Assembly: GCA_963813335.1 (NCBI GenBank) | Contig: CAWEYL010000001.1 | Span: 1-64,000, forward strand | DNA length: 64,000 nt | Source: an uncultured Chloroflexia bacterium | Lineage (GTDB): Bacteria; Chloroflexota; Limnocylindria; Limnocylindrales; CSP1-4 | Direction of reading: 5' to 3' | Shown here: positions 22,414 through 32,350 of the stretch, one piece after another | Position numbering within the stretch: the stretch's first letter is position 1 | How the letters are laid out: each line of letters begins with the position of its first letter | Position numbers and translations under genes: made by a program | The notes under the pieces: generated by a model | Told to the model about the DNA's origin: nothing | Databases searched by the model: none | The model's input: only the letters and a program-made list of their open reading frames with translations

Positions 22414-22803
22414 TCAGCGGACGAGCTTCTCGACGAGGTCGTCGAGCTCGCGGGCCGGGTCGTCCGACAGCCCCGTGTGGACCTCGGACGGCTGGATGAT
22501 CGTGCTGGCCGGCGAGACCAGCCAGTGGAAGCGCTCCGCGGGCTCCAGCCGGGCGATCGGCCCCGCTGACGGATCCCCCGCGGCGATGCGCTCGATGGCG
22601 TCGAGGTGCGAGCGCAGCGTCGCCAGGTCGAGATCGGGGGCCACGGCCGCCACCCGCGCCTCGTCGAGCTCGACCCGCGCCCCGAGGTAGCGCCGGCCGC
22701 GGCACAGCAGGATCACGCCGACGTTGAGCTGCTCGCCGCGCTCCACGCGCGGCACCACGCGGATCACCGCGTACTGGAAGACGTCAGGCGGCGGCGCGGG
22801 CAC
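22414..22803 (-). CDS. DUF3037 domain protein
   Basis: FQYAVIRVVPRVERGEQLNVGVIL...RFHWLVSPASTIIQPS.VHTG. Confidence 0.9.
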   Translation of the reverse strand: MPAPPPDVFQYAVIRVVPRVERGEQLNVGVILLCRGRRYLGARVELDEARVAAVAPDLDLATLRSHLDAIERIAAGDPSAGPIARLEPAERFHWLVSPASTIIQPSEVHTGLSDDPARELDDLVEKLVR

Positions 22804-23569
22804 GCTCGGCCTCCTCGACGAACGGGCGCGGCGACGCGAGCCGCCGCTCCAGGTACTCGACGTAGAGCCGCCGCTGGGCTGCGGCGTCGCCCGCGACGGG
22901 GTCGGCCGGGAGCCACGCATCCGGGATGTCCGCGACGATCTCGCGGATGACCTCGCCGTCCAGCAGCGGAGCCAGGCGCGCATCCGCCTCGACCAGTGAC
23001 CCCGCGCCCGGCAGCAGCACGTGCCCGGCCAGCCGCTCGAACGGTCGCCGGGCGTGGGCCTCTGGCTCGCGCCAGGTGTGGTGGATGTACAGCGCCGCTC
23101 CGTGGTCGATCAGCCAGGTCCGGCCGTGCCAGACCAGCAGGTTCGGGTTCTGGACGGTGCGGTCGGGGTTCGTGATCAGCCCGTCCAGCCAGACGATCGA
23201 GGCCGCCGTCTGCGGGTCCATCGCGGCGAGCGAGGTCGCGGCGGCCGGGTTGAACATCACCGCCCCGGGCAGGAAGTCCAGCCCCAGGTTGAGCCCGCCG
23301 CTGGCGCGCACGAGGTCCTGGATCTCCTGGTGCGGCTCGGCGTCGCCCAGCGCGGGGTCCAGCAGGACGCCCACCAGCTCCGGCACGGTCAGCCCGACCC
23401 GCCGCGCGAGCTCCCCGCCGACCCACTCGGCGACCAGCGCGCGGGGTCCCTGGCCGGCGCCATGGAACTTGACGACATAGAGCCCGTCGTCGTCGCCCTC
23501 GACCAGCCCGGGCAGCGAGCCGCCCTCGCGCAGCGCGGTCACGTAGCGGGTCGCGGTCACCGTTCGCAT
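22784..23569 (-). CDS. HipA-like kinase (DUF3037-associated)
   Basis: LREGGSLPG, YVVKF.GAGQG, NPDRT..NPNLL, LIDHGAAL. Confidence 0.88.
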   Translation of the reverse strand: MRTVTATRYVTALREGGSLPGLVEGDDDGLYVVKFHGAGQGPRALVAEWVGGELARRVGLTVPELVGVLLDPALGDAEPHQEIQDLVRASGGLNLGLDFLPGAVMFNPAAATSLAAMDPQTAASIVWLDGLITNPDRTVQNPNLLVWHGRTWLIDHGAALYIHHTWREPEAHARRPFERLAGHVLLPGAGSLVEADARLAPLLDGEVIREIVADIPDAWLPADPVAGDAAAQRRLYVEYLERRLASPRPFVEEAERARAAA

Positions 23570-23684
23570 CGGGGGAAGCCTACGCGACGCCCGGCCGTGG
23601 CGGCACCTCCGCGGCGGGGACGCCCATGCAGGTCCGCATGGATCGCAGGAGCGGTCGATGGGCGAACGCGACTAGGCTTCGGCG

Positions 23685-24611
23685 GTGCCGGACTACGACG
23701 AGCGTGCGCTCCTCCACGACCTCGAGCCCGAGGCGGGCCGCCTGTACGACCGCCACGCGAAGGTCGCGCAGGAGTGGTTCCCCCACGACTACATCCCGTA
23801 CCGGCTCGGCCGCGACTTCGACAAGGAGCCCTGGACGCCCGACCAGCCGCGGCTGACCGGTGTCGCCCAGACCGCGTTCGAGGTCGGCCTCCTGACCGAG
23901 GACAACCTGCCCTCCTACCACCGCCTCATCCACGGGATGTTCGGCCGCGGTGACGGCGCCTGGATCAACTGGGTCGGGCGCTGGACCGCCGAGGAGGGCC
24001 GGCACGCGATCGTGCTGCGCGACTACCTGATGGTGACCCGCAACATCGACCCCGTCCTGCTCGAGCGCGGCCGGATGACCCAGCTCCAGCAGGGCTACGA
24101 CCACGACTCGCCGGACACGCTCCGCGGGCTCGCCTACGTCGCGTTCCAGGAGCTGGCGACCCGGATCTCGCACCGCAACACCGGCCGCTTCTCCGAGGAC
24201 CCGGTGGCCGACCGGATCATGGCCCGGATCGCCGCGGACGAGAACCTGCACATGGTCTTCTACCGCGACATCCTGTCGGCCGCCATCGAGCTGCAGCCCT
24301 CCGCGGCGGTCCGGGCGATCGTGGCCGAGGTCCTCGCCTTCGAGATGCCGGGCGCCGGGATCCCCGGGTTCATGCGCAAGGCGGCGCAGATCGCGAAGGC
24401 CGGGATCTACGACCTCCGCGTCCATCGCGATGAGGTCCTGCTGCCGATCCTGCGGCACTGGCGCATCTTCGAGCTGACCGGCCTCGACGCCACCGCGGAA
24501 GCCGCGCGCGAGACGCTCGTCCAGCATCTCGCCGCGCTCGAGGCGAGCGCCGCGCGGTTCGAATCGAAGCTCGCCGCGGCCGGCGTCCAGCGGCTGTCGC
24601 CCGCCGGCTGA
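23685..24611 (+). CDS. acyl-ACP desaturase (DesA-like di-iron)
   Basis: LLTEDNLPSYH, WTAEEGRH, FQELAT, DENLH. Confidence 0.93.
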   Translation: MPDYDERALLHDLEPEAGRLYDRHAKVAQEWFPHDYIPYRLGRDFDKEPWTPDQPRLTGVAQTAFEVGLLTEDNLPSYHRLIHGMFGRGDGAWINWVGRWTAEEGRHAIVLRDYLMVTRNIDPVLLERGRMTQLQQGYDHDSPDTLRGLAYVAFQELATRISHRNTGRFSEDPVADRIMARIAADENLHMVFYRDILSAAIELQPSAAVRAIVAEVLAFEMPGAGIPGFMRKAAQIAKAGIYDLRVHRDEVLLPILRHWRIFELTGLDATAEAARETLVQHLAALEASAARFESKLAAAGVQRLSPAG

Positions 24612-24669
24612 CCCGCTCCGAGGGGCCCGCCAGCCCGTCCGAGGCGACGCCCCGCTATCCTTGTCGGGC

Positions 24670-25303
24670 ATGCCCCAGCCCGCGGACGATCCCACTCCCG
24701 AGACGCCGCCGGCCGCGCGCCCTCCCCGTCGGACCCGCAAGTTCTCGCTGCCCGACCACCACCACGAGGAGCAACCGGCCGCGGCTCTCGAGGCCTTCCT
24801 CGACGGCCCCACGGCCCGTCGCCGCAGCCAGGGCCGCGGCCACCGGGCCGACCGCCATCGCCCGCTGCAGCTGCAGACCGACGCGGACTGGACGGACATC
24901 CTGCGCCGCGAGGCGGCCCGCCAGGCGCGCTACGGCCGGCCGACCGCGATCCTCGTCATCGAGCTCGCCGTGATCCCGTCAGACGCCCGGCCGGAGGCGC
25001 GCCGGCGGCTGCTCGACGTGCTCGGCCGCGAGGCGCGCGAGACGGACCGGGCGGCCGCGAACGGCCCCGGGCGCTACCTGCTGCTCCTGCCCGAGACCGA
25101 CGAGATCGAAGCCGGCCACGTCGCCGACCGCATCGAGCGCGGCTACCGCGGCCGGACCCACGAGCCGCAGGTCGAGCGCGAGATCCGCATCGAGATCGCC
25201 GTCGGCGCGGCGCGGCGCCGACCCGTTCGCCGCGATCGACGACGCCCAGCGGCGGCTCGACGGGATCGTCGACGAGGACGACGAGCTCGAGGACGCGAGC
25301 TAG
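24670..25303 (+). CDS. degenerate GGDEF-domain protein (frameshift near 25205)
   Basis: REAARQARYGRP, RETD, LLLLPET; the GGDEF signature is replaced by GPGRY. Confidence 0.65.
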
Positions 25304-25317
25304 CCCGGGACCGAGCC

Positions 25318-26184
25318 TCAGAGCTGGCCGCTGAAGGTGTCGCAGTCCCCGGCGGACCCGCCCTGATAGCCGACCGTGAACCAGTGCTGGCGCTGCGCTG
25401 ACGACCCGTGGGTCCAGCCCTCGGGGTCGACCTGTCCGCTGACCGCCTCCTGGATGCGGTCGTCGCCCACCGCGGCGGCCGCGTCCAGGCCGTCGGCGAT
25501 CTCGGCGGCGGTCAGCGGCGCGAGGATGCCGGCCTCCGCATGGTTCGCCCAGACGCCGGCGAGGCAGTCGGCCTGCAGTTCCGTGCGGACCGAGCCGCCC
25601 TGCGCGCCCTCGCCCTGCGCCTGCGCGCTCCCGAGGATGCCGAGGAGGTCCTGCACGTGGTGGCCGTACTCGTGGGCGACGACATACCCCTGCGCGAACG
25701 AGCCGCCCTGCGCGCCGTACGTCGTCCGCAGGTCGTCGAAGAACCCGAGGTCGAGGTAGACCAGCCGGTCGCCCGGGCAGTAGAAGGGACCGGTCGCCGC
25801 ACTGGCCGTCCCGCAGGCGCTCTGCGTCGCGCCCGAGAACAGCACGGTCTTGACCGGCACGTAGCGCTCGTTCGAGGCGGCGAACTCGCCCGTCCAGTAG
25901 GCCTGGATGCTGTTGACGTAGCCGAGGATGCGGCAGTCGTCGCGCGTGTTGGCGTCTTGCCCGGTCCTGCAGTCGGTCGCGAGCGCAGAGCTCTCGGGGC
26001 CGGTCACACCGCCGGGCTCCAGGAGGGGCCCGAGGTCGTTCGGGTTGCCGCCGAGGAGGGTGTAGGCGAGGAGGAGCACCAGCCCGAGGCCGCCGCCGCC
26101 GACGGCGAGGCCGGTCCGACCACCCATGCCGCGGCGGTCGCTGATCTGGCCAGGGTCGAGCTGGGCGCCTGGATCGAAGGACAT
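25318..26184 (-). CDS. neutral zinc metallopeptidase (YpfJ-like)
   Basis: GPFYCP, AHEYGHHVQ, ELQADC, THGSSAQR. Confidence 0.92.
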   Translation of the reverse strand: MSFDPGAQLDPGQISDRRGMGGRTGLAVGGGGLGLVLLLAYTLLGGNPNDLGPLLEPGGVTGPESSALATDCRTGQDANTRDDCRILGYVNSIQAYWTGEFAASNERYVPVKTVLFSGATQSACGTASAATGPFYCPGDRLVYLDLGFFDDLRTTYGAQGGSFAQGYVVAHEYGHHVQDLLGILGSAQAQGEGAQGGSVRTELQADCLAGVWANHAEAGILAPLTAAEIADGLDAAAAVGDDRIQEAVSGQVDPEGWTHGSSAQRQHWFTVGYQGGSAGDCDTFSGQL

Positions 26185-26543
26185 GGGTCGGGGCCTCCGG
26201 GACGGGGGATGGCGTCCATCGTACGGACGGGCCACGGGCTCCGCATCGCGCGGCACCGCCCTCGCGTCAACGCGGCGTTGCGGTCCTCCAGCTGCCGGGG
26301 GCTGACGTTCGTCCATGCCCGGTCATGACCTTCGGCAGGTGTCCGGCCCTGTAGGCCAGGCCTACGGTGTGGTCATCGCGAACGGACCGCCGGACAACGA
26401 GGATCGACCGGCGGCGCGCTGACCAGACGGCGGGATGCCGGACGGCAGCGGAGCCGGCAACACTGCCCCAACACGGCGGCCCGCTCGCCCTCTCTGACTC
26501 CCGTGACGCTTCGGCGGCACGGGAGTCCTTCGTTCGGCCCGGG

Positions 26544-27326
26544 TCAGCTCGGGGAGGGCTCGGCGGACTCGGACGGCGCCGCCGTCGACGGGGCGACCGA
26601 CGGGGCGTCCGTCACCGGGGGAAGGGCGGCGATCGCGGCCCCCGCCAGACCGTCGTCGGTGGTCTCGACGTCGTAGATGTTCCCGTCGTTGACGTACCAG
26701 TAGATGTCGAGCGAATCGTCGGCGCCGTCGCTCGCGACCGCCTTCGTCACCGCCTTCTCGGCGATCGTGGTCTTGGTGATCGTGAACGGCGGTTCCTGGG
26801 CGGCGTAGCTGTCGACCATCGCCTTGAGGAGCGCGTTCGTGTCGACGCCCTCGGCGCGGTACAGCGTGATGCTGAGCTGGCGGGGATCGCCGCTCGGGTC
26901 GTAGGCGACCGCGATGCGCAGGTCGTCGTCGGTCTTCTTCGCCTTCGTCAGCTCGGCCCGCACCGCCGTGCTCCAGGCGTCGTCGCCCAGGTAGGTGGAC
27001 CCGAGCACGCTCTCGGTCGTGAGCGGGATGCCGGCGACCGTGGTCGGCAGCAGCGCCTCGAGATCGGGCGCATCGTGCTGCAGCTCCACGGAGTCACCGG
27101 CGCCATCGTCGGTCGGGATGACGTCCTCGCTCGGCGAGTCCGTCGGGGAGGGCGAGACCTGGGCGACTTCGGCGGGCCGGCCGTCGAGGACCATCACCGC
27201 GACGGTGGTCCAGCCGGCGGTCGCGGCGACGAGCGCGATGATCGCGACGAGCGGCCAGTGGCGCCACTGGCCGCCGCCGGGGTCGCCGGACGGCCCGTAG
27301 GGGCCTTGGCTCGATGGATCCATCAT
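26544..27326 (-). CDS. hypothetical membrane-anchored protein
   Basis: Single N-terminal TM, Pro/Ser linker, globular extracellular domain. Confidence 0.7.
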   Translation of the reverse strand: MMDPSSQGPYGPSGDPGGGQWRHWPLVAIIALVAATAGWTTVAVMVLDGRPAEVAQVSPSPTDSPSEDVIPTDDGAGDSVELQHDAPDLEALLPTTVAGIPLTTESVLGSTYLGDDAWSTAVRAELTKAKKTDDDLRIAVAYDPSGDPRQLSITLYRAEGVDTNALLKAMVDSYAAQEPPFTITKTTIAEKAVTKAVASDGADDSLDIYWYVNDGNIYDVETTDDGLAGAAIAALPPVTDAPSVAPSTAAPSESAEPSPS

Positions 27327-27545
27327 CTCGCTCGCCCGCGCGCGCCGCGACTGCGTTCCCCGTTCCCGCACAGCACCTCCCGTGGGCCGGGGGAGCCCCG
27401 GCCGGTCATGTCACGCGCAGCGTACCCGACCTGTCATGAGGGCCGGTCGAGGCACATTCATGACGCTTCTTGACAGGTACGTCTGGGATGCTCCGGTAGA
27501 CAGGACGGAAGCCATCCCAAGCGTAGCCCGAGGAACCCAAGACCG

Positions 27546-27743
27546 ATGTACATGACCGAACTCCTGATGGCCCTCAAGTCCGATCGAGAGCGTGATCTGG
27601 AGGCCGCGATGCAGCGCCACCGCTGGTTCCGGACCGACGAGGACCTCCTGCCGTTTCAGTTCCCCGAGACGCCTCGTCCGACGGTCGCCGACTCCCCGGC
27701 TCCCGTCGCCCGACGGCCGTCGCCCGGCCCGTCCGGCCTGTAG
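27546..27743 (+). CDS. small hypothetical protein
   Basis: GAGGA RBS; 65 aa; convergent overlap with the WYL gene 3' end. Confidence 0.5.
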   Translation: MYMTELLMALKSDRERDLEAAMQRHRWFRTDEDLLPFQFPETPRPTVADSPAPVARRPSPGPSGL

Positions 27744-28699
27744 CGGGCGAGGACCCGGGTCGCGGTCGCGACGAGCCGCTCTCGGACCTCCGCGGGCTCG
27801 AGCACTTCGATGCTCGAGCCCGCCGCCAGGAGCCGCATGTGGACCTCGCCCGGCCAGCTGAGATCGAGCCGTAGCCGAAGCCAGCCGTCGGGATCCGGGT
27901 CCGGGAGGCGCTCCGCGGCCTCGAACGCGGCGTGCCCGACCGCGTTCACCAGCGCCTCCACCCGGTCCTCGGCGACCCGGACGACCACCGTGATCCGCGG
28001 GATGTCGCGCTCGTAGGCGGCGCTCGATTCGAGCCAGTAGGACGCCAGGTCGAAGCCGGCCGGCCGGTCGACGGTGCCCGCGATCGGCGTCGCCGCCGAG
28101 ATCCGCGACACCCGGTACGTGCGGATCTGCGCATCGGACAGGGCGACGAGGTACCAGACCCCGCCCTTGAGCACGACGCCCAGCGGGCCGAGGTCGCGGG
28201 TCACCTGCCCGCCGCTGCCGCGTTCGTACTCGACGCGCAGGAGCTGGCCCTCCCAGACGGCCTCCGAGACCGCCCCGAGGTACGGCACGGGCTCGCCTGC
28301 CTGGAACCAGCCGGCCGCGTCGAGGTGGAACCGCTCCACCAGCCGCGAGGCGCGCGAGCGCAGCTCCGCGGGGAGCGAGGCCAGGACCTTGAGCCGGGCC
28401 GCGGCAACGACCGTCCCGAGCCCGAGCTCGGCCGCCGGCCCCGGCAGCCCGGACAGGAACAGGGCCTCGGCCTCGTCGGCGGTCATGCCCGTCAACCGGG
28501 TCCGATAGCCGTCGACGAGGCGGATCCCGCCGTGCGGGCCGCGCTCCGCGAAGATCGGCACGCCGGCGGCGCTCAGGGCATCGACGTCGCGATGGATGGT
28601 CCGGACCGACACCTCGAGCTCGTCCGCGAGCTCACCCGCGGTCAGGCCGCCGCGGGACTGCAGGATGAGCAGGAGGTTGACCAGTCGGCTGGCACGCAT
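27656..28699 (-). CDS. HTH-WYL-WCX (YafY family) transcriptional regulator
   Basis: MRASRL..., LEVSVRTIHRD HTH; WYLV; RTYRVSRI. Confidence 0.93.
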   Translation of the reverse strand: MRASRLVNLLLILQSRGGLTAGELADELEVSVRTIHRDVDALSAAGVPIFAERGPHGGIRLVDGYRTRLTGMTADEAEALFLSGLPGPAAELGLGTVVAAARLKVLASLPAELRSRASRLVERFHLDAAGWFQAGEPVPYLGAVSEAVWEGQLLRVEYERGSGGQVTRDLGPLGVVLKGGVWYLVALSDAQIRTYRVSRISAATPIAGTVDRPAGFDLASYWLESSAAYERDIPRITVVVRVAEDRVEALVNAVGHAAFEAAERLPDPDPDGWLRLRLDLSWPGEVHMRLLAAGSSIEVLEPAEVRERLVATATRVLARYRPDGPGDGRRATGAGESATVGRGVSGN

Positions 28700-28718
28700 C
28701 TGCGCAGCATAGCCAGTC

Positions 28719-28737
28719 CATGACACTCCATGTCATG
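28719..28737. promoter_or_regulatory. palindromic operator CATGACA-N5-TGTCATG upstream of the WYL gene
   Basis: Perfect 7-bp inverted repeat 20 bp upstream of the WYL start codon. Confidence 0.65.
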
Positions 28738-28755
28738 TAGCCCGGACGGGCCGGC

Positions 28756-29604
28756 TCAGCGCTGCGTGCTCTCGCCGCCCCGGTCGCGCAGGAACCGCTC
28801 GATGTCCGCGATGAGGTCGTCGCCGGCCGGCAGGCGCTGCTCGTCGACCATGGACTCGAGCCGCTCGACGTACGTCCTGGTCGTCTCCTCGATCGCCGCC
28901 GCGGCATCCAGTCGCGTCCGGAGCTGGCGCGCCTCGTCCTCCAGGTCGCCGGCCGGGAGGTGCGCCCCGAGGTGGTGGCCGACCGTCTCCAGGAGGGCGA
29001 CCGAGGCCGCCGGATACGGTCCCGAGATGTAGTGGGGGACCTGGGCGAAGTAGCCGAGCGCCGGGATCCCGGCCCGGGCGACCTCCAGCTCCAGCGTCGA
29101 GACCAGGGCCGACGGCACCCGCAGGATCCCCGACGGTCCCGCCGGGACGTCGGCCTTGAGCAGGCCCGGCGCGGATTCGGTGCCGAGGATGGGGACCGAG
29201 CGGGTGTGGGGCACCGCCGCCGGGATCGCCCCGAGGCTGATCCACTCGGCGACGCCGAGCCGATGGGCGAGGTCGATCACCGCGTCGGCCATCGCCCGCC
29301 AGCGGTAGTCGGGCTCCGGCCCGACGAGGACGAGGAGGTCGCGGTCGGCGACGCGGGTCCGGCGCAGCACGAGCTCGGGCCAGGTCAGCTCCGCGAGCCG
29401 GCCGTCGACGATCTCGAGCGGCGGGCGGCGGGCGCGATAGTCGAAGAGCGCGTCGGGGTCGAAGGTGGCGATGACCGACGCCTCGCCGGCGACCTGCTCG
29501 AGCGCCGTCGTGGCCGCCGCGCCGGCGTCCACCCAGCCGTCGAAGGCGGCGAGCAGGGTCGGGGCGACGAGGTCGCCGGGGTCGTCGAGGGTGAACAGGC
29601 TCAC
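28756..29604 (-). CDS. PAC2 family (proteasome assembly chaperone-like) protein
   Basis: AFDGWVDAG, DYRARRP, GPEPDYRW, VPHTR, QVPHY. Confidence 0.9.
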   Translation of the reverse strand: MSLFTLDDPGDLVAPTLLAAFDGWVDAGAAATTALEQVAGEASVIATFDPDALFDYRARRPPLEIVDGRLAELTWPELVLRRTRVADRDLLVLVGPEPDYRWRAMADAVIDLAHRLGVAEWISLGAIPAAVPHTRSVPILGTESAPGLLKADVPAGPSGILRVPSALVSTLELEVARAGIPALGYFAQVPHYISGPYPAASVALLETVGHHLGAHLPAGDLEDEARQLRTRLDAAAAIEETTRTYVERLESMVDEQRLPAGDDLIADIERFLRDRGGESTQR

Positions 29605-29667
29605 CGCGACAGGATAGGCCTCGTCGCCACGCTGCCAAGTCCGCGGCCGGTCACGGCTCGGCCCCGG

Positions 29668-30480
29668 TCAGCGGGCCCGGCAGAGCACCTCGCCGGACGG
29701 GACGATGAACCAGCCGTCGGGCCGCCCGGCCCAGCGCTGCCACGCCTCGGCCATCCGCTCCAGCGCCGGCCGATCGGCCAGGCCGCCCTCGAGCGCATGG
29801 GCGGCGAACGCCGAGCCGGTCACGCGATCCGCCCAGAGGCCGCCCCACCAGGCGCGGTCCTCTGGCGTCGCGTAGCACCAGGTCGACGCCGAGGGTGTCA
29901 CGTCCTCGAACCTCGCCTCGAGCGCCCAGGCGAGGAGCTGCCGGCCGGCGTCGGGCTCCCCGCCGTTGCGGCGGGCCACGGCCTCGTAGAGGGCGAGCCA
30001 GCGGTCGAGCTCGGGGTCCGCAGGGAACCAGGCGAACGCGGCGTAGTCGCTGTCGCGAGCCGCCACGATCCCGCCCGGCCGGCAGACCCGGCCCATCTCG
30101 CGCAGCGCGGCCACCGGGTCGGCCAGGTGCTGGAGGACCTGGTGGGCGTGGACCACGTCGAACCGGTCGTCCGCGAAGCCGAGCGCGTAGGCGTCGCCGA
30201 CCGCGTACGTCACGGTCCCGATGCCGGCCGCCTGGGCCTCGGCGCGCGCGGTGATCAGCGGCTCCTCGGCGGCGTCGATGCCGAAGACCCGCCCCGGCGC
30301 GACGGTCCGGGCGAGATCGAGCGTGATGGTCCCCGGGCCGCAGCCGACATCGAGGAGCTCGAGTCCCGGGGCGAGGTGGGGGAGGAGATAGGCTGCGGAG
30401 TTCGCCGCGGTCCGCCAGCGGTGGGAGCGCAGCACGCTCTCGTGGTGGCCGTGCGTATAGGTCTCGCCGCGCTCGCTCAT
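29668..30480 (-). CDS. class I SAM-dependent methyltransferase
   Basis: LLDVGCGPG; FDVVHAHQVLQH. Confidence 0.92.
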   Translation of the reverse strand: MSERGETYTHGHHESVLRSHRWRTAANSAAYLLPHLAPGLELLDVGCGPGTITLDLARTVAPGRVFGIDAAEEPLITARAEAQAAGIGTVTYAVGDAYALGFADDRFDVVHAHQVLQHLADPVAALREMGRVCRPGGIVAARDSDYAAFAWFPADPELDRWLALYEAVARRNGGEPDAGRQLLAWALEARFEDVTPSASTWCYATPEDRAWWGGLWADRVTGSAFAAHALEGGLADRPALERMAEAWQRWAGRPDGWFIVPSGEVLCRAR

Positions 30481-30485
30481 CGACG

Positions 30486-31754
30486 TCAGTCTGGCAGGCG
30501 CTCCGCGCGGACGATGGCCGCGGTCCGCTGGAGCCAGGCCGGCACGTCCGCCCGGTGGTACGGGTGCTCGCTCGCCTCGATCCCGTCGAGGAAACGGCGA
30601 TAGACGACGGCCTGGCGCGCGGCCGCGATCGGCGCGAGGAGGGCCGCGGCGCGCTCCGGATCGGCGGCCGGCAGCGTGGATCGCCAGGCGTCCGCCCACC
30701 GAGCGCGGACCGTCGCCGCGTCGGCGGTGTCGGCGACGCCGGCCAGGAACGAGGGCTGGTCGAGCAGCGGGTGCCCGACGCCGGCGTCGCCCCAGTCGAG
30801 CAGCGTGGCGGTCGTCCCGTCGCCGCGGACGTTGCCCGGGTGGAAGTCCCCATGGACGAGCGTGTCGGGCAGGCCGCACGCGTCCACCGCGGCGGTGCGC
30901 CCGGGGAGGTCGGCCACGAAGCCGTGCAGCACGTCGCGGTCGTCGCGGCCCAGGCCCGGGCCGTCGCGCTCGACCACGGCCGTGATCGCCCGCGCGAGCG
31001 ACGGGCCGCGCCAGTCCGGCAACCCGAGGTCGAGCAGCTCCGCGGTCCGGGACGCCCACGCCGCCTGGAGCCGCACCAGCCCGTCCACCATCGCGAGCCG
31101 CTCCTCGAGGGGCGCGTCATAGCGGTCCTCGCCTGGGATCTCGTCGAGCAGCAGGCGCGGACCGTCCCGCGCGAGCAGTGCCGGCACCGCGACCGGTCCG
31201 CCGGCCAGCGCCTCGAGCAGCACCCCTTCGTGGTCGAAGAACGGCGGGACGACCTTGAGCCACGCCGCGCCGCCGGTGGTCGGGAGGCGCCACAGGCTCG
31301 AGAGGTTCCAGGTGCGGTCCTGCCGGGCGGGCCCGGTCCGGGGCCGGTCCAGACCTGCGAGGACCCCGTCCGCCCAGGCGAGGTCGGCGGCCGGGCCGCC
31401 CGGCCTGGCCCACGAATGCCGGAGCGGGTCCTCGGCCAGCGTGCCGGTCCACGGTTCGAGACCCGCGATCGGCGTGCCGCCCGCGGCCACCTCGGCCAGG
31501 TAGGTCACCCGGCCGCCTGGCGGGTGCGGGTGCTCGGCCGAGAGGAGCCGCAGGACCGCGACGTCGAGGCCGAACCGCTCGCGGGCCGCGTCCCCGACCG
31601 GGCCGATGTCCTGCCACCACGGCGTCGCGGCCTCGAAGGCCGGCAGCGCCCCGAGGACGGCGCCGTCGGGCCCGGCCAGGACCAGCGTGACGACCCGCGG
31701 CGACGGCTCCCCGCCCGCGTTCGGCGTCTCGTCGATGGCGGTCGGGTCCGTCAG
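30486..31754 (-). CDS. aminoglycoside phosphotransferase family protein
   Basis: LVHGDFHPGNV, LLDWGD; start approximate. Confidence 0.82.
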   Translation of the reverse strand: MTDPTAIDETPNAGGEPSPRVVTLVLAGPDGAVLGALPAFEAATPWWQDIGPVGDAARERFGLDVAVLRLLSAEHPHPPGGRVTYLAEVAAGGTPIAGLEPWTGTLAEDPLRHSWARPGGPAADLAWADGVLAGLDRPRTGPARQDRTWNLSSLWRLPTTGGAAWLKVVPPFFDHEGVLLEALAGGPVAVPALLARDGPRLLLDEIPGEDRYDAPLEERLAMVDGLVRLQAAWASRTAELLDLGLPDWRGPSLARAITAVVERDGPGLGRDDRDVLHGFVADLPGRTAAVDACGLPDTLVHGDFHPGNVRGDGTTATLLDWGDAGVGHPLLDQPSFLAGVADTADAATVRARWADAWRSTLPAADPERAAALLAPIAAARQAVVYRRFLDGIEASEHPYHRADVPAWLQRTAAIVRAERLPD

Positions 31755-32128
31755 CCGCGGCCCGGCCAGGCCGCCGGACTGGGGTCGTCGTGCGGGCGCT
31801 CGTCCCAGTCGGTGCGGAGCGGGGCGAACAGGTCGATCACGACCGCGCCGTCCGGACCCGCGACGGCATCGTGCGGCCGTCCCGAGGGGATCCGCCAGGT
31901 GCCGCCGGGTCCCAGGGTCCGGGTCTCGCCATCGACCGTGAAGGTCATCGTGCCGGTGATGACCATCCCCATCTGCTCGTTCTCGTGGCGATGCTCGGGG
32001 ACCGACGCGTTCGGTGCCAGCTCGACCAGGGCGAGGGTCACCCGCTCGCCGTTGATCGACCGGGCACGGACATCGGGACCCCAGACGTCGAGGGGCGGGA
32101 CATCGTCGAAATCGACCAGGAACGACAC
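31751..32128 (-). CDS. cupin domain protein
   Basis: PEHRHENEQ...IPSGRPH; GGAGG RBS + GTG. Confidence 0.88.
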   Translation of the reverse strand: MSFLVDFDDVPPLDVWGPDVRARSINGERVTLALVELAPNASVPEHRHENEQMGMVITGTMTFTVDGETRTLGPGGTWRIPSGRPHDAVAGPDGAVVIDLFAPLRTDWDERPHDDPSPAAWPGRG

Positions 32129-32350
32129 GCTCGGGTCCTCCACCTGCGGGCGCCCCAAGTCTGGCACGGCCGCCCGCCACGAAGGGGGGATGGCGGGACG
32201 CACCAGAATGTGAGCGTTGGTGACGTCGAGCAACAGGAATAGGTCCCATACGCGTCGCGAGTTGGTAGGCTGGAAGGATGTCGGCACAGATCTGCAGACG
32301 CTGCCACGCTCCCCGGACCGGAGGCTTCCGGTACTGCCGGGAATGCGGCT

